A stretch of 64,000 nucleotides of DNA from a virus. The first letter of the stretch is position 1, and the number at the start of each line of letters is the position of its first letter. The position numbers and the translations under genes are program-made. Below, in pieces: positions 9,010 through 18,440 of the stretch. Under the pieces are notes generated by a model. It had not been told where the DNA came from and did not search any database. It saw only the letters and a list, made by a program, of their open reading frames with translations. The stretch lies in IMG/VR virus record IMGVR_UViG_3300005096_000058, positions 32,001-96,000 of that record; one strand, 5' to 3'.

Positions 9010-10767
9010 TTAGAGCTCCTCGACGAAGTGCATAGCGATCAGCGTGTCCGTTGCGGTGACCCCCGTGTAATCAGCTTGGGCTCGCCAGCGTTTGATTTCC
9101 CCGTCAGCATCGTCAGCAGCATTGGGCGCTGCACGCGCTGCAATGGCCGCAGCAGCGGTAGCAAACTGACGGCGGCGGAAGGTGCGTGGCTGGCCTGGAG
9201 GAGCGCCCACGAACACATAAAGGTCGTCCACCACATCTTTACCCGCGAAAGCAGCCGCGGCTGCTAGAGAGCCTCCTACGGAGCCGGTGGTATTGTTGCT
9301 GTTTTGGTCTGTGCCCAAGATTTCCGAAGCAATGGCCTGCCGTTCTGCGAGCGTGAGGGTCTTGGCTGCGCTCACGAGTTCGTCGAGGTTGTCCAAAAGG
9401 AGCGCGCGGGCGGAGGTGTACCCTTGGGCTGTGAGGGCCGCTTGAGCAGCCGTCTGGACATCCCCTGTGCTGACATCGTTGAGGAGCACTGCCGTTGCTG
9501 CCGGCACTCCAGACACGGGCGCGTTGAGGTTGTCGAGGTTGGGTGCCCGTGCCGCCGTGTATCCTTGGGCTGTGAGAGCGCTTTGTATGTCAGCCGAAGA
9601 CAAGTTTTCTAAAGACGTGACCAGTGCTTGGGTAGCGGTATGGGCAGCTTGCTGCAGCGCTTCGTCCGCAGGGCCAACCGGTAATCTCCCGTCCACGGCC
9701 GCCGTCTCTAGTGCGACTTGGTTGTCCCTAGACCGATCAGCCGCAAGATACCCCACTTCGTTGCTGTCCACGACGTGCGTGCTCTTGTCGACGTTGTTGG
9801 TATTGCCCCCTTCAGCCCACGATAGGAAAAAATGCAGCCCTTCGAGGACGTCGCTGGCAGCCACGCTGAACGTGACGAGGTACCGGCCTGGGCCCAAATT
9901 GATCATTGAGGTGGCACTCAAGCGCCCATCCCGGTCACCAGCAGCCCCTCCGAAAGATGTGGCCTGCACCGTGACGCCCGCGTCTGCGTTAACGGGCAAA
10001 CCCTGATCATCCTTCAGATTGAAGTAGATCTCGTGCAGCGTCGTGCCAACTTCAGGGCGCTCCAGGATGGGGATCGACACCTTGAACCGGGTGATGTTTT
10101 CGAAATTGTCGATGTCCGTCTGGATGAGATCGCGAGCCACACGGGCGGCCTGCAAGCCATCTGTGCCGCTCACAAAGCCCCCGCCGGCCAGTGCTACCAA
10201 AGTTGGTCCACCGACGCCTTGTAGCGCTGTAGTCTGCGCGACAAGATCAGCTTGGGTCTGATCATGCTCCGCGACCAAGACAGCCTGCCGCGCAATGGCC
10301 TCCGCCGCAGTTTCGATCAGCGCCACCTGTGCGTTGAGGTTGGCCGACACTAAAGGCTGCATGCTCGCCGTATCTGCGAGAATGGCGGAGACGTCGCCGG
10401 CCGGGGCAGGGTCGAACGCATTTTCCGAAATCAAAATCGTCTCGGCCGTGGTTCCCGCCTTCCCACCTGAATACGTGTATTTGACGACGACAAACTCTTC
10501 GTTGGCTGCGAAATCAGTAGACGCTAGGTCGAAGCCGCTGGCGCTCCGATAGAGGCCCGGTGCGTTCGTAGCGTCAAGCTCTGCAATCGGCGTTGTGGGG
10601 GTTGCTGGCACGCCGGGCGCCTTGAAGAGGTTGTCGGAGAAATCAAGCTGGTCGCCGCTAATAGCCTCGTAAATCTCCGCGACCACGACCAGCCCCGTCA
10701 CACCGCCGTTTTTATTGACGGCCAAGACAAGGGGGATGTCAGTTTGGTTTCGGTCGGCGCTCAGCAT
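9010..10767 (-). CDS. Putative fibre/whisker-like virion protein with internal repeat
   Basis: 585 aa, Ala-rich; ALTAQGYT(A/S)ARAxxLDNL occurs twice. Confidence 0.55.
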   Translation of the reverse strand: MLSADRNQTDIPLVLAVNKNGGVTGLVVVAEIYEAISGDQLDFSDNLFKAPGVPATPTTPIAELDATNAPGLYRSASGFDLASTDFAANEEFVVVKYTYSGGKAGTTAETILISENAFDPAPAGDVSAILADTASMQPLVSANLNAQVALIETAAEAIARQAVLVAEHDQTQADLVAQTTALQGVGGPTLVALAGGGFVSGTDGLQAARVARDLIQTDIDNFENITRFKVSIPILERPEVGTTLHEIYFNLKDDQGLPVNADAGVTVQATSFGGAAGDRDGRLSATSMINLGPGRYLVTFSVAASDVLEGLHFFLSWAEGGNTNNVDKSTHVVDSNEVGYLAADRSRDNQVALETAAVDGRLPVGPADEALQQAAHTATQALVTSLENLSSADIQSALTAQGYTAARAPNLDNLNAPVSGVPAATAVLLNDVSTGDVQTAAQAALTAQGYTSARALLLDNLDELVSAAKTLTLAERQAIASEILGTDQNSNNTTGSVGGSLAAAAAFAGKDVVDDLYVFVGAPPGQPRTFRRRQFATAAAAIAARAAPNAADDADGEIKRWRAQADYTGVTATDTLIAMHFVEEL

Positions 10768-10771
10768 TTTG

Positions 10772-11974
10772 TCAGCTTACCCCAACGCGGCGGCGTCGAT
10801 AAGTCACGTCAAGGCGGGGCGGGGTGTTGCTCGCGTGCACAGCAGAGCGCCAGACGCGATTGGGCGTCCCGCCACCGTTGAGGATCGTGGTAATCGCGAT
10901 GCCGAGGTCTTCGCCATAATTTGGATCGTTGACTTGATCCTGCACGAGCTGCGACACGTCAGGGGTGACGTGGTTTTGCCCGGCAAAATTGAAAGCGGCG
11001 GGTACCCACGGCACGCTGACTGATGACGGAGAATTGTTGAATGCAACGAACGCGTCAACATTCCCGGGGAAGTTCTGCCAATCAAGCCCGATGCCTTCGC
11101 CGAAGTGCATCAGGCGGCCGGCTGACAGGAACGTGTTTTGATGCCGCATCGCAATCCAGGCGGTGTTGTTGATCGCATAAGCATCTGGGACGATGACGAG
11201 AAAATAATCTGCGGACGGGGTGAGGACGATCTGATCAGCGCCCGTGAATTGAAAGGTTTCATTTGCGCCCGCCGCAGCCGTTGTTAACCCGTCCATTGAA
11301 AGATCGTTTGACGTCGCCAACGGTCCGCTGATGTCGTCGGGAACAAGAGTCACGCCGTCAGAATCTAAGATTGCGGCGTAGATGTGGACGCGGACATTCC
11401 CGATCGGTAAGCCTTGTCGGTAGAGTAAAAGCGTTGCGTTTAGGATCTGCGTGTTGCCAGCCGCCGGCACTGTAAAGCCTTGTGCCATCCGTTCACGGTG
11501 TCCGCGGTTTGGTGTCGCGACGACGGCGTATGGTGATGTTGACGCTTGGATCTGACGCATAATCCAAAACGCGTTATCGGCTGCGCCCGTCGTGGCGATG
11601 GTGCCAAAAGTCGTGTTGAGGAGGACCATACTCGCGTTTGACCATTGGTCGGGACGCCATCCGACAAAGTGGGTTAGCGGCGAAAGTAGCGGGCGGCGAA
11701 TCAGCGACGCGTCGCGGGCCACCGTGTTGAGGTTCGTGGTGAACACGCTCCCGCTTGGTTGGTACGCCGTCACACGCATAACGGCAGACTCGATGATTGC
11801 GCCACGCGGAATTCCAGCGTCGAAGATGTTGACCGTCGAGCCCTGTAAACCCAGAAAGAAATTGCCGGCGATTTGACGCTGGTCAAAGAGCCAGGTGGTG
11901 TTGGCCCCTTGAAAGGCGTGGCTCCAAATCCCCCAATTGCTGCCTGGGATCGGTACCGAAGCCGACGTGATCAC
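10772..11974 (-). CDS. DNRLRE-like surface/virion protein
   Basis: IPRGAIIESAVMRV...DVSQLVQDQVN...PPRLDVTY resemble the ends of DNRLRE domains. Confidence 0.45.
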   Translation of the reverse strand: MITSASVPIPGSNWGIWSHAFQGANTTWLFDQRQIAGNFFLGLQGSTVNIFDAGIPRGAIIESAVMRVTAYQPSGSVFTTNLNTVARDASLIRRPLLSPLTHFVGWRPDQWSNASMVLLNTTFGTIATTGAADNAFWIMRQIQASTSPYAVVATPNRGHRERMAQGFTVPAAGNTQILNATLLLYRQGLPIGNVRVHIYAAILDSDGVTLVPDDISGPLATSNDLSMDGLTTAAAGANETFQFTGADQIVLTPSADYFLVIVPDAYAINNTAWIAMRHQNTFLSAGRLMHFGEGIGLDWQNFPGNVDAFVAFNNSPSSVSVPWVPAAFNFAGQNHVTPDVSQLVQDQVNDPNYGEDLGIAITTILNGGGTPNRVWRSAVHASNTPPRLDVTYRRRRVGVS

Positions 11975-12399
11975 GACGACACCAGGACGACACGGACGGT
12001 TTGCACCGGGTCATCTGGATCTTGGGCGGCGGTCTCGAACCCAACGACGCCGGCAAGAACAGCCGACACAACCTCCGGCGTACTCGCAACCAAAAGCTCG
12101 CCCTGAACGTCGACGACATTGCCGACCTGTGCGGTGACGACGACGTTGTAGAGCGCGGCAGCGCCCATAACCACCGCACCACCTGTTGAGGTGATAAGCG
12201 CTTGCATGCTCGGTGCACCATCGCCGACGAGGACAAAACCGTCGCCGGTACCGTCAGGAAAACCAAACTTAACAATACCCGCTTCGAGCAAAGCGGCCTG
12301 ACACGCAGCAAGTTGATCTGGGTGGAGAATTCTAAAGTCGTGCAACTCCGCCAGTTGTGGGTTGCCTAGCGCGGTCGTCTGGAAGATCGGGAATTCCAT
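11971..12399 (-). CDS. Putative small virion protein
   Basis: 142-aa ORF overlapping its neighbours' start/stop codons. Confidence 0.55.
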   Translation of the reverse strand: MEFPIFQTTALGNPQLAELHDFRILHPDQLAACQAALLEAGIVKFGFPDGTGDGFVLVGDGAPSMQALITSTGGAVVMGAAALYNVVVTAQVGNVVDVQGELLVASTPEVVSAVLAGVVGFETAAQDPDDPVQTVRVVLVSS

Positions 12400-12800
12400 C
12401 AGCTTTCATCGCCATCGATCGTCACAGAAAAAGAAAGCGGTCGATTGAGTAGCGTCGTCACCGCGGTCAGCTCCAACCAAACCCAAGAGTTAGCCGGAAT
12501 CGAGGCATTGTCAAACGTGGTGATCACGTGGCCCGTGGTGGTGTGCGCCGGGGTCGCGGCCGTGGTGGTACTTCCTGCGTTTACGATCGCCGTCCCCGTC
12601 GCATCGCGGTTTGGACCAAAACGCAGTCTCCAGGTGACCAACGGCGTGCCCGGTGGTGCGGACGGAAGCCGCAGGATCGACGTCAGCTGCCTGACCGTGA
12701 TCGGCTCGCGCGTGTAGAAGCTTGGATCGTCGTCGTTGACAATAGGGTTCTCAACGAACAACGCCTTGCTAAAAGCTAATGGTAGGTCAACGGAGGCCAT
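12399..12800 (-). CDS. Putative small virion beta-sandwich protein
   Basis: 133 aa, Thr-rich, IPANSWVWLE motif; translationally coupled. Confidence 0.55.
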   Translation of the reverse strand: MASVDLPLAFSKALFVENPIVNDDDPSFYTREPITVRQLTSILRLPSAPPGTPLVTWRLRFGPNRDATGTAIVNAGSTTTAATPAHTTTGHVITTFDNASIPANSWVWLELTAVTTLLNRPLSFSVTIDGDES

Positions 12801-12809
12801 GTCGGAGTT

Positions 12810-13094
12810 TTAACCCTTCCGGTGGGTCACCAATAACGTCGACGTGGACGTACCGCCAACGCCCTTCACCCAGACACCGCGGTCCTCTAGGGGGCAGTTG
12901 AACGTCTCGCCAACCGCTACCTCCCAGAAGTTGACGTCGTTGGTGAAGTCGTCTTCAGTGAAGAACAAGCGGACAGGGAAGGCGGCCACGCGTTGTAGTT
13001 TGACGACAATGGAGAGAGCCTCAAACGGGACGAAACGCCCGGTGGCGTCGATGCTGAGGTCGCGTATGCGTGGGATGCCACTTCGTAACTGCAC
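12810..13094 (-). CDS. Putative small virion protein
   Basis: 94-aa ORF with AGAAGGA RBS-like sequence upstream. Confidence 0.55.
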   Translation of the reverse strand: MQLRSGIPRIRDLSIDATGRFVPFEALSIVVKLQRVAAFPVRLFFTEDDFTNDVNFWEVAVGETFNCPLEDRGVWVKGVGGTSTSTLLVTHRKG

Positions 13095-13187
13095 GGGTTT
13101 CGTCCTTCTGGTGCTTTGCTCGCAAAGAAACCGTGAAGCTACAGGCTCACGCCCATAGCTTCAAAGCCCCCGCCATCAGCCCAAAGC

Positions 13188-13532
13188 TTATTCGCCAGCT
13201 TGGTCGCTGAAACGACCCACCACCAAAAGGTGATGCACCTCAGCCGCGGCTCCCCCGAGTACACTGAACCCGGTAGGAGTGATCGTGCTTTCATCAACTG
13301 TGGTACGGGCTGCCGTCTCACCCGCTGTGATGACGACGTAATCCGTGTCGAACATGGTCTTGAGCCCTAAAGCCACCAAGTCGACCACAAGCGGTGCGGC
13401 GCCGACCTGCGTGACCTTCACCGCCTGCATGCTCACACCAGATTTGTGGGCGGCGACCAAGTAGTCCATCCCCTGTTCTTTGAGGGGAGGGAGGAAGTTG
13501 CTCAGCTTCTTCGGGGTGGCGGTTGCGGACAT
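13188..13532 (-). CDS. Putative capsid decoration protein
   Basis: 114 aa, two genes downstream of the MCP; AGGAG RBS. Confidence 0.5.
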   Translation of the reverse strand: MSATATPKKLSNFLPPLKEQGMDYLVAAHKSGVSMQAVKVTQVGAAPLVVDLVALGLKTMFDTDYVVITAGETAARTTVDESTITPTGFSVLGGAAAEVHHLLVVGRFSDQAGE

Positions 13533-13584
13533 GGTGATCTCCTAAGAACGTCTGGACGTTGAGTAAAGCTTTGGCGTCTTCACC

Positions 13585-14550
13585 TCACTCGTCGGGGAAC
13601 ATCTTTTTGACGATGCGCCCGACGAGAGTTTCAACGCCGATGTTGGGAGCGTACTTCACCTCGTAGGCATCGGCCATTTTCTTGAGAAACGCGATCGGCA
13701 TATCCGCAGTAGGCTTCGGCCAGTTGCCAGACTCCTCGTACACGGACGCGTCATATCCAGACGCCGCAGCTTCTTCGGCAGCAAGGGCCTCGGCCTCCTG
13801 GGAGGCTTGTGCCTCCTCAGCTGCAAGCTGCTCAGCCTTCGCGGCTGCCTCAGCGCGCTGAGCATTCTCGGCCTCTGGGATGGCGCTGGCGCCCTCAGGC
13901 AGGAGCGTCAACGCGGCGGCGCGTAGGTCGTCCTCAGAATGGTAACCGCTTTGCGCTTCGGCCTGGTCAAGCTCGAAAGCGGCGGCGAGAATTGCGGGCT
14001 CAGTGATCCCCATCTCTTTCGCCAATGCTTTGAGCACAGCTTTTGAGTAGCTGCCGAAGGGGGTACTGATCTCGTCGTCAGTCTTGGCCACCACGGGCAC
14101 AGTGGCTGCTACCGCGGCGGCTTGGCGCGCGAGCTTGCTGTGCTGCGGAGCGCCCCCACCAGGTTTGATGTCGGCGTTGCGTGCGACATGGGCAGCTCGC
14201 GCCTGGTTGAGTTGATCGACATTGAAATTGTAGCCGTTCGCGTTCGCGACGGTCTTCAGGAGCTCGGAGAAGGTTTGGCACACCTCGCACTGCGCTTGCA
14301 GGGCTGGCTGGGCTGCCACCAACTGCACAAACGCTTTGGCGCTTGAGATCGAGGGTTTGGGGACGGTGGGGGTGCCCCGACGCGTGGCCTTCGTCTGGAT
14401 GACATCTTCGGTCCAGCCACAAGCTAAAGCCTTGTTGGCATTGACCTCGTCCTCAACGTCGATACACAAGTCAGCTCCGACTGCGTACGACGTGCCGTTG
14501 ATGTCGATGGATTTACCCTTCAAGTGCGCGGAGCGTGTCTGGAGCAGCAT
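13585..14550 (-). CDS. Post-MCP protein with a Nif11-like helical segment, acidic linker and HeH/Rho-N-like C-terminus
   Basis: Start moved to ATG 14550 (after the terminator, AAGGAAG RBS); C-terminal MPIAFLKKMADAYEVKY...LVGRI. Confidence 0.6.
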   Translation of the reverse strand: MLLQTRSAHLKGKSIDINGTSYAVGADLCIDVEDEVNANKALACGWTEDVIQTKATRRGTPTVPKPSISSAKAFVQLVAAQPALQAQCEVCQTFSELLKTVANANGYNFNVDQLNQARAAHVARNADIKPGGGAPQHSKLARQAAAVAATVPVVAKTDDEISTPFGSYSKAVLKALAKEMGITEPAILAAAFELDQAEAQSGYHSEDDLRAAALTLLPEGASAIPEAENAQRAEAAAKAEQLAAEEAQASQEAEALAAEEAAASGYDASVYEESGNWPKPTADMPIAFLKKMADAYEVKYAPNIGVETLVGRIVKKMFPDE

Positions 14551-14587
14551 CTGATTTCTTCCTTGTTTCGGGGGAAACGATCGGCCC

Positions 14588-14635
14588 CAAAAGAAGAAGG
14601 GGCGCGCGACCATCATAAGTCGTACACCCCTTCTA
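14588..14635 (-). terminator. Probable intrinsic terminator after the major capsid gene
   Basis: Minus strand AGAAGGGGTGTACGAC-loop-GTCGCGCGCCCCTTCT then TCTTTT. Confidence 0.65.
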
Positions 14636-14669
14636 TTCCAGACACCCGGTCCCCGCTAGGGGTTAGGCG

Positions 14670-16106
14670 TTAGGGCTGCCCTTTGAAGTTGGGAGCGCGG
14701 CCGATGTTTTTGATCAGCACGGCTTTCCCGGGGGCGTAGAGCACCGGCACGCCGTAGACCAACTGCATCCAACGGATGGACGTGTTGATCGTGGCCAACG
14801 GTACTTTGAGGAATGGCGCCAGCTGTTTCCAGCTGAGACATTCCAAGTTTTGCTGCCAGAGGATCGCGATCGACGTGAACGGCAGACGATCGTTGAGATC
14901 CGTGACGGTGTGTTCACCGGCACCAGACGTGTTGGGGATGCGCGCGATGAGCCGTTGTTTGCCAACGGGGCCATCTTTGCGCGTGCGGTAGAGCTCGTAC
15001 CACTTCACACCGATGGCAGACCCGGGGGTCACACCAAACGTCATGGAGTCACCAGCGGCAACCGCGATGGCACCACCGCTGACCGCGACTGCGACACTGC
15101 GACCGGAATCGTTGTGCGCAGAAACGCTGTAGAAGTAGCTGCCCGCATCGTCCGCTCCGAAGAGTGATCCGACGTCGACAGGGGTCGTGGCACCCGTGGA
15201 GATCGTCGGGGTGGCTGGCCGTAGCGCAGCATCACCCGCGGCGGTGGTCTTGGGGGCACCACCGTCGTTGACGAACACGTTGGGTTCGAATTTGACGTCA
15301 CCAGCGGGGCTGGTGAAGCCAGACACGTCGAGGCCCACCATCCCATCTTTGCGCTTGTCCAGAAGGTCATAACGGCCTTTCGGGAAGAAGCTTTTGATGA
15401 GGTCGGCTTTGATCTTCGGATTCAGATGCAGATGCGTCGGAATGCCGTAGTTGGGCTCATCGGAAATGGTCAGTGCGGCGTCGATGAGAATGTCCTCGTC
15501 GAGCGGCTGACCACGTTGGTCGATGATGTTGTCAGCCGGCGCATTGTCGGTGATCAACTTTTCATAGCCATCGAACTGGATGTTCGACAGCGAAGAGTCC
15601 GCATAGAACATCGCGCGCTCGACGATGCGGAGAAGCCACATCGTTCCGGCCACGGTTTCGTTCGCGATGACATTGCCGTGAGCCGGGCGAATCAAGCTCA
15701 TGACATGGGACACGCTGCGTGTCGTTCCGAGGAACTTCACGGCGGCGTAGCGTCGGGCGTAGGTGGAGTCGTCTTCGGTCGGCAACGCCCCTTCCGAAAT
15801 GAACCCTTCAAGACCCTCGCCGTAGCTCGAAATCTCATTGTGCTCTTCTACTGTGTTGTACGCAGCCAATTTTGGGATCGCTTTGAACAGCCGAATGTGC
15901 TCCATGCGGTAGGTGACGTTTTTCAACGTCTGCTCCAAGGACTCCACGCGGAGCGGGAAGCCTTGCCCGGGCGCAGCACCGGGGTTGTTGATGTCGCCGC
16001 CCGCAGTGAGCGCCTTGTTGAGGTGGTCGAGGTCGGTCGAGGAGAATTGCCCGTCGCCGAATCCGTCCACCCCGTCGTAATCTTTCCAGGAAACTTGGTT
16101 CATCAT
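14670..16106 (-). CDS. Major capsid protein, Herelleviridae (phage K/A511)-like
   Basis: LRVESL, ERAMFYADS, FDGYEKLI, YELYR and LKVPLA...LVYGVPVLYAPGKAVLIKNI match recalled phage K capsid motifs; follows protease and scaffold. Confidence 0.92.
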   Translation of the reverse strand: MMNQVSWKDYDGVDGFGDGQFSSTDLDHLNKALTAGGDINNPGAAPGQGFPLRVESLEQTLKNVTYRMEHIRLFKAIPKLAAYNTVEEHNEISSYGEGLEGFISEGALPTEDDSTYARRYAAVKFLGTTRSVSHVMSLIRPAHGNVIANETVAGTMWLLRIVERAMFYADSSLSNIQFDGYEKLITDNAPADNIIDQRGQPLDEDILIDAALTISDEPNYGIPTHLHLNPKIKADLIKSFFPKGRYDLLDKRKDGMVGLDVSGFTSPAGDVKFEPNVFVNDGGAPKTTAAGDAALRPATPTISTGATTPVDVGSLFGADDAGSYFYSVSAHNDSGRSVAVAVSGGAIAVAAGDSMTFGVTPGSAIGVKWYELYRTRKDGPVGKQRLIARIPNTSGAGEHTVTDLNDRLPFTSIAILWQQNLECLSWKQLAPFLKVPLATINTSIRWMQLVYGVPVLYAPGKAVLIKNIGRAPNFKGQP

Positions 16107-16182
16107 TTTGATGTCCCTCCTTCAGGTTTTTTGTCTGGACAAAGGTTTTGAGCCCGTTAGGCCCGTGGGTGAAGCAGTTGGC

Positions 16183-16869
16183 TCAGGCCCGCTGCGGAGA
16201 AGCGCGTTGCACCTTGGCGACGTCCAGAACCTCTTTGGCGAGGCCCTTGGAAATCTCGTTGGTGATCTCGTACTTCGCGATGGCGGTGCTCATGTTCTCG
16301 CCGCTCTTCGCGAAGCCACTATTGTCTTCGGAGATCGTCTGCATGATCTCCATGACCTGCGACTTCGAAAGCTTGTTGCCCTCAGCCGGTTGGCCCGCGA
16401 GACTTTTCTCAATCGGGGTAGCGGCGGGAGCGTTCACGCCGGCACTGCGAACAGGGCCAGCCGGTTGTCCAGACAGCGCGGCCACTTGGTCAGAAAGGCT
16501 CTTCACGAGCTCACCCATCTGAACCACGGAGGTGGCGAGCGCGACCCGGAACTGGTGCTCCGATCCTTCGCTTTTCTCGATGCGATTGGCGAGGGTGGCA
16601 AGCCCTGCGACGACCGCGCCGTGTTGCTCTTTGATGTACGGGCTGACGTCGATGGATTTCACCATCGCGTCAGACTGCAGCGGGGCGGTGACATCAGCGG
16701 CGAGGCCGCCACCTCCGCCCAAGCTTTTCACGAGCTCGTCGCGTTCTTCGCCGGTGATGGTGCCTTCGTTGGCTTTGGCGAAAAGCAACTTCGATCGCGC
16801 AGCGGGATTGCTGGCTTCTGCTGCAGCCGTGAGGGCATCCAAGCCCGTCTGGAGTTGATTCTGGTCCAT
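16183..16869 (-). CDS. Capsid scaffolding protein
   Basis: Helical 228-aa protein between protease and MCP, with about nine xxKS/KA/KG sites. Confidence 0.75.
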   Translation of the reverse strand: MDQNQLQTGLDALTAAAEASNPAARSKLLFAKANEGTITGEERDELVKSLGGGGGLAADVTAPLQSDAMVKSIDVSPYIKEQHGAVVAGLATLANRIEKSEGSEHQFRVALATSVVQMGELVKSLSDQVAALSGQPAGPVRSAGVNAPAATPIEKSLAGQPAEGNKLSKSQVMEIMQTISEDNSGFAKSGENMSTAIAKYEITNEISKGLAKEVLDVAKVQRASPQRA

Positions 16870-16880
16870 GGTGGTTCTCC

Positions 16881-17723
16881 TTAGAGCATTCCCTGCTCTG
16901 CCAAGGTGGTGAGCACGCCGTAAGCGTGCTCGACGAAAGACGCGTCGGCTCCGGGGAACCGCGCGCGAATGGTGGTGATCGCTACGCTTTTGCTCAGCTG
17001 CTCATCCTGTGTGGCAGCGAGATCTTTCTTGTCGCGTTCCAATGACTGCGGGGACAGGATGCGACCTGCGCCCTCCCCCGTTGTGGGGCCCTGTGAGCTC
17101 GGATGCGTGCCTGCGGGTGCGGCGGCCCCGGTGGTAGCCGTCATGGCCTTGCTTGCCTCTTCAGCAGCTTCCTCGTCGCCCTCTTCCACGGCTACCAGGC
17201 TCTTGGCTAGACATTCCAGACGAGTGCCATAGCCGACCGGGCAATTGGTGATCGCGGTGTGCTTCACGACTGCTTCAGCGATCGTCTTGTTGTTAGGGCC
17301 GGTGCGGCGGACCACGTCGCCCTCAATTGAGAAGCCCAAGCGGCGCTCATTGCCGGCTTTGGCGAAAGCCAGTCCCAGGTCCCAGATGCGATTTGCGCGT
17401 GGGGTGTCGAGCATCCAGCCTTCAGCCCAGGTGCCGTTCGTGGAGGCGGTCGCGCCATCTGGGAGGCGATCGCCCTTCTGGAACCTCCGCACCTCTGTGG
17501 GGTAACCAAGCGGGCTGTCTGTATCTTTGCTGTGGTTGTCGTTGAAGAACCCAGTCTCCAAGAACGGCTTGAAATTGAGTCCCCTCTGGATCACCACCTC
17601 GCCTTGCTTGTCGAGAATGTTTGTGGAGATCACGCCCGCAATCCTCCTCCGTTGCCCACGCGCGCCGTCCGCCTTCTCAAAAAAGGACAGAGGGGCGAAG
17701 AACTTGAAGGGGTTGCTGCCCAC
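16881..17723 (-). CDS. Prohead protease
   Basis: DKQGE, FNDNH, LGFSIEG and AITNCPV motifs of HK97-type prohead proteases. Confidence 0.9.
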   Translation of the reverse strand: MGSNPFKFFAPLSFFEKADGARGQRRRIAGVISTNILDKQGEVVIQRGLNFKPFLETGFFNDNHSKDTDSPLGYPTEVRRFQKGDRLPDGATASTNGTWAEGWMLDTPRANRIWDLGLAFAKAGNERRLGFSIEGDVVRRTGPNNKTIAEAVVKHTAITNCPVGYGTRLECLAKSLVAVEEGDEEAAEEASKAMTATTGAAAPAGTHPSSQGPTTGEGAGRILSPQSLERDKKDLAATQDEQLSKSVAITTIRARFPGADASFVEHAYGVLTTLAEQGML

Positions 17724-17889
17724 GTTTCGTCTCCAGAAATAGAAAAAGGCGAAGTCCAGACGAAGCAGACTGCTTCCTCCGTGACCTCGCCCCTACTCGA
17801 ACCCTAAAAGCGGTTCCTAATCGGGCCTCACGCTGACGCGCTCGGTTGTGCTTCAGATTTATAGGTCCGTCTGGACTGAGTCAAGGAGC

Positions 17890-18090
17890 CTACTCGCGCA
17901 CAACGTAGCGCTCGGGAGCCAATTCCACGCCCTCATCCAAGCTGATCGGGAGGGTGACCGTCTTCTTGCACCAATGGCAGGAGGCTTCCGCCTTGCCGTC
18001 TGGATCGAAACGCACGACGCCAGTGATGCGTAGGCGCGTTTCGTCGCCGCTCTTCTGCAGAAGGCGGCCTTTGCAATGCGGGCATCTCAA
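17890..18090 (-). CDS. Small zinc-ribbon protein (Com-like)
   Basis: TTG start overlapping the upstream stop; RCPHC...CHWCK. Confidence 0.6.
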   Translation of the reverse strand: MRCPHCKGRLLQKSGDETRLRITGVVRFDPDGKAEASCHWCKKTVTLPISLDEGVELAPERYVVRE

Positions 18091-18440
18091 AGGATGTCCT
18101 GGAAGAGCTTGCCCAGATTCGTCTGGATGTCCGCTTCGTTCTCGGGCTTTGGAAAGATGGAGGGACGCCACGCGGGCGACAAGATCTTGTAGTAGCGATC
18201 CATCGTCGGCCAAAGAAGCGTCACCAAGCCACCCGCCGCAGGGAGTCGCACAATGCCCTCCTCTTCGTCGTCGAGGAAGTCAGGATGCTCGTCGAGGATA
18301 GGTAGCGTGACCGCCCCGTTACCTGGGATGTTCCTCAGATAGATGTCGCCCTGAGAGAAAAAAGGACGGACGACGTCAGTTAAGCGTCGATGAGGATTTG
18401 GGCGGCCGTCGAGGGCTAAATAGAAATGGTCGTATTTCAT
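18087..18440 (-). CDS. Hypothetical protein, candidate immunity partner or chaperone of the giant protein
   Basis: ATGA overlap with the stop of the 2226-aa ORF. Confidence 0.6.
   Translation of the reverse strand: MKYDHFYLALDGRPNPHRRLTDVVRPFFSQGDIYLRNIPGNGAVTLPILDEHPDFLDDEEEGIVRLPAAGGLVTLLWPTMDRYYKILSPAWRPSIFPKPENEADIQTNLGKLFQDIL

Noticed and set aside
14551-14616. N-terminal extension of the 343-aa ORF
   Set aside because: It overlaps the post-MCP terminator; ATG 14550 has a better RBS.
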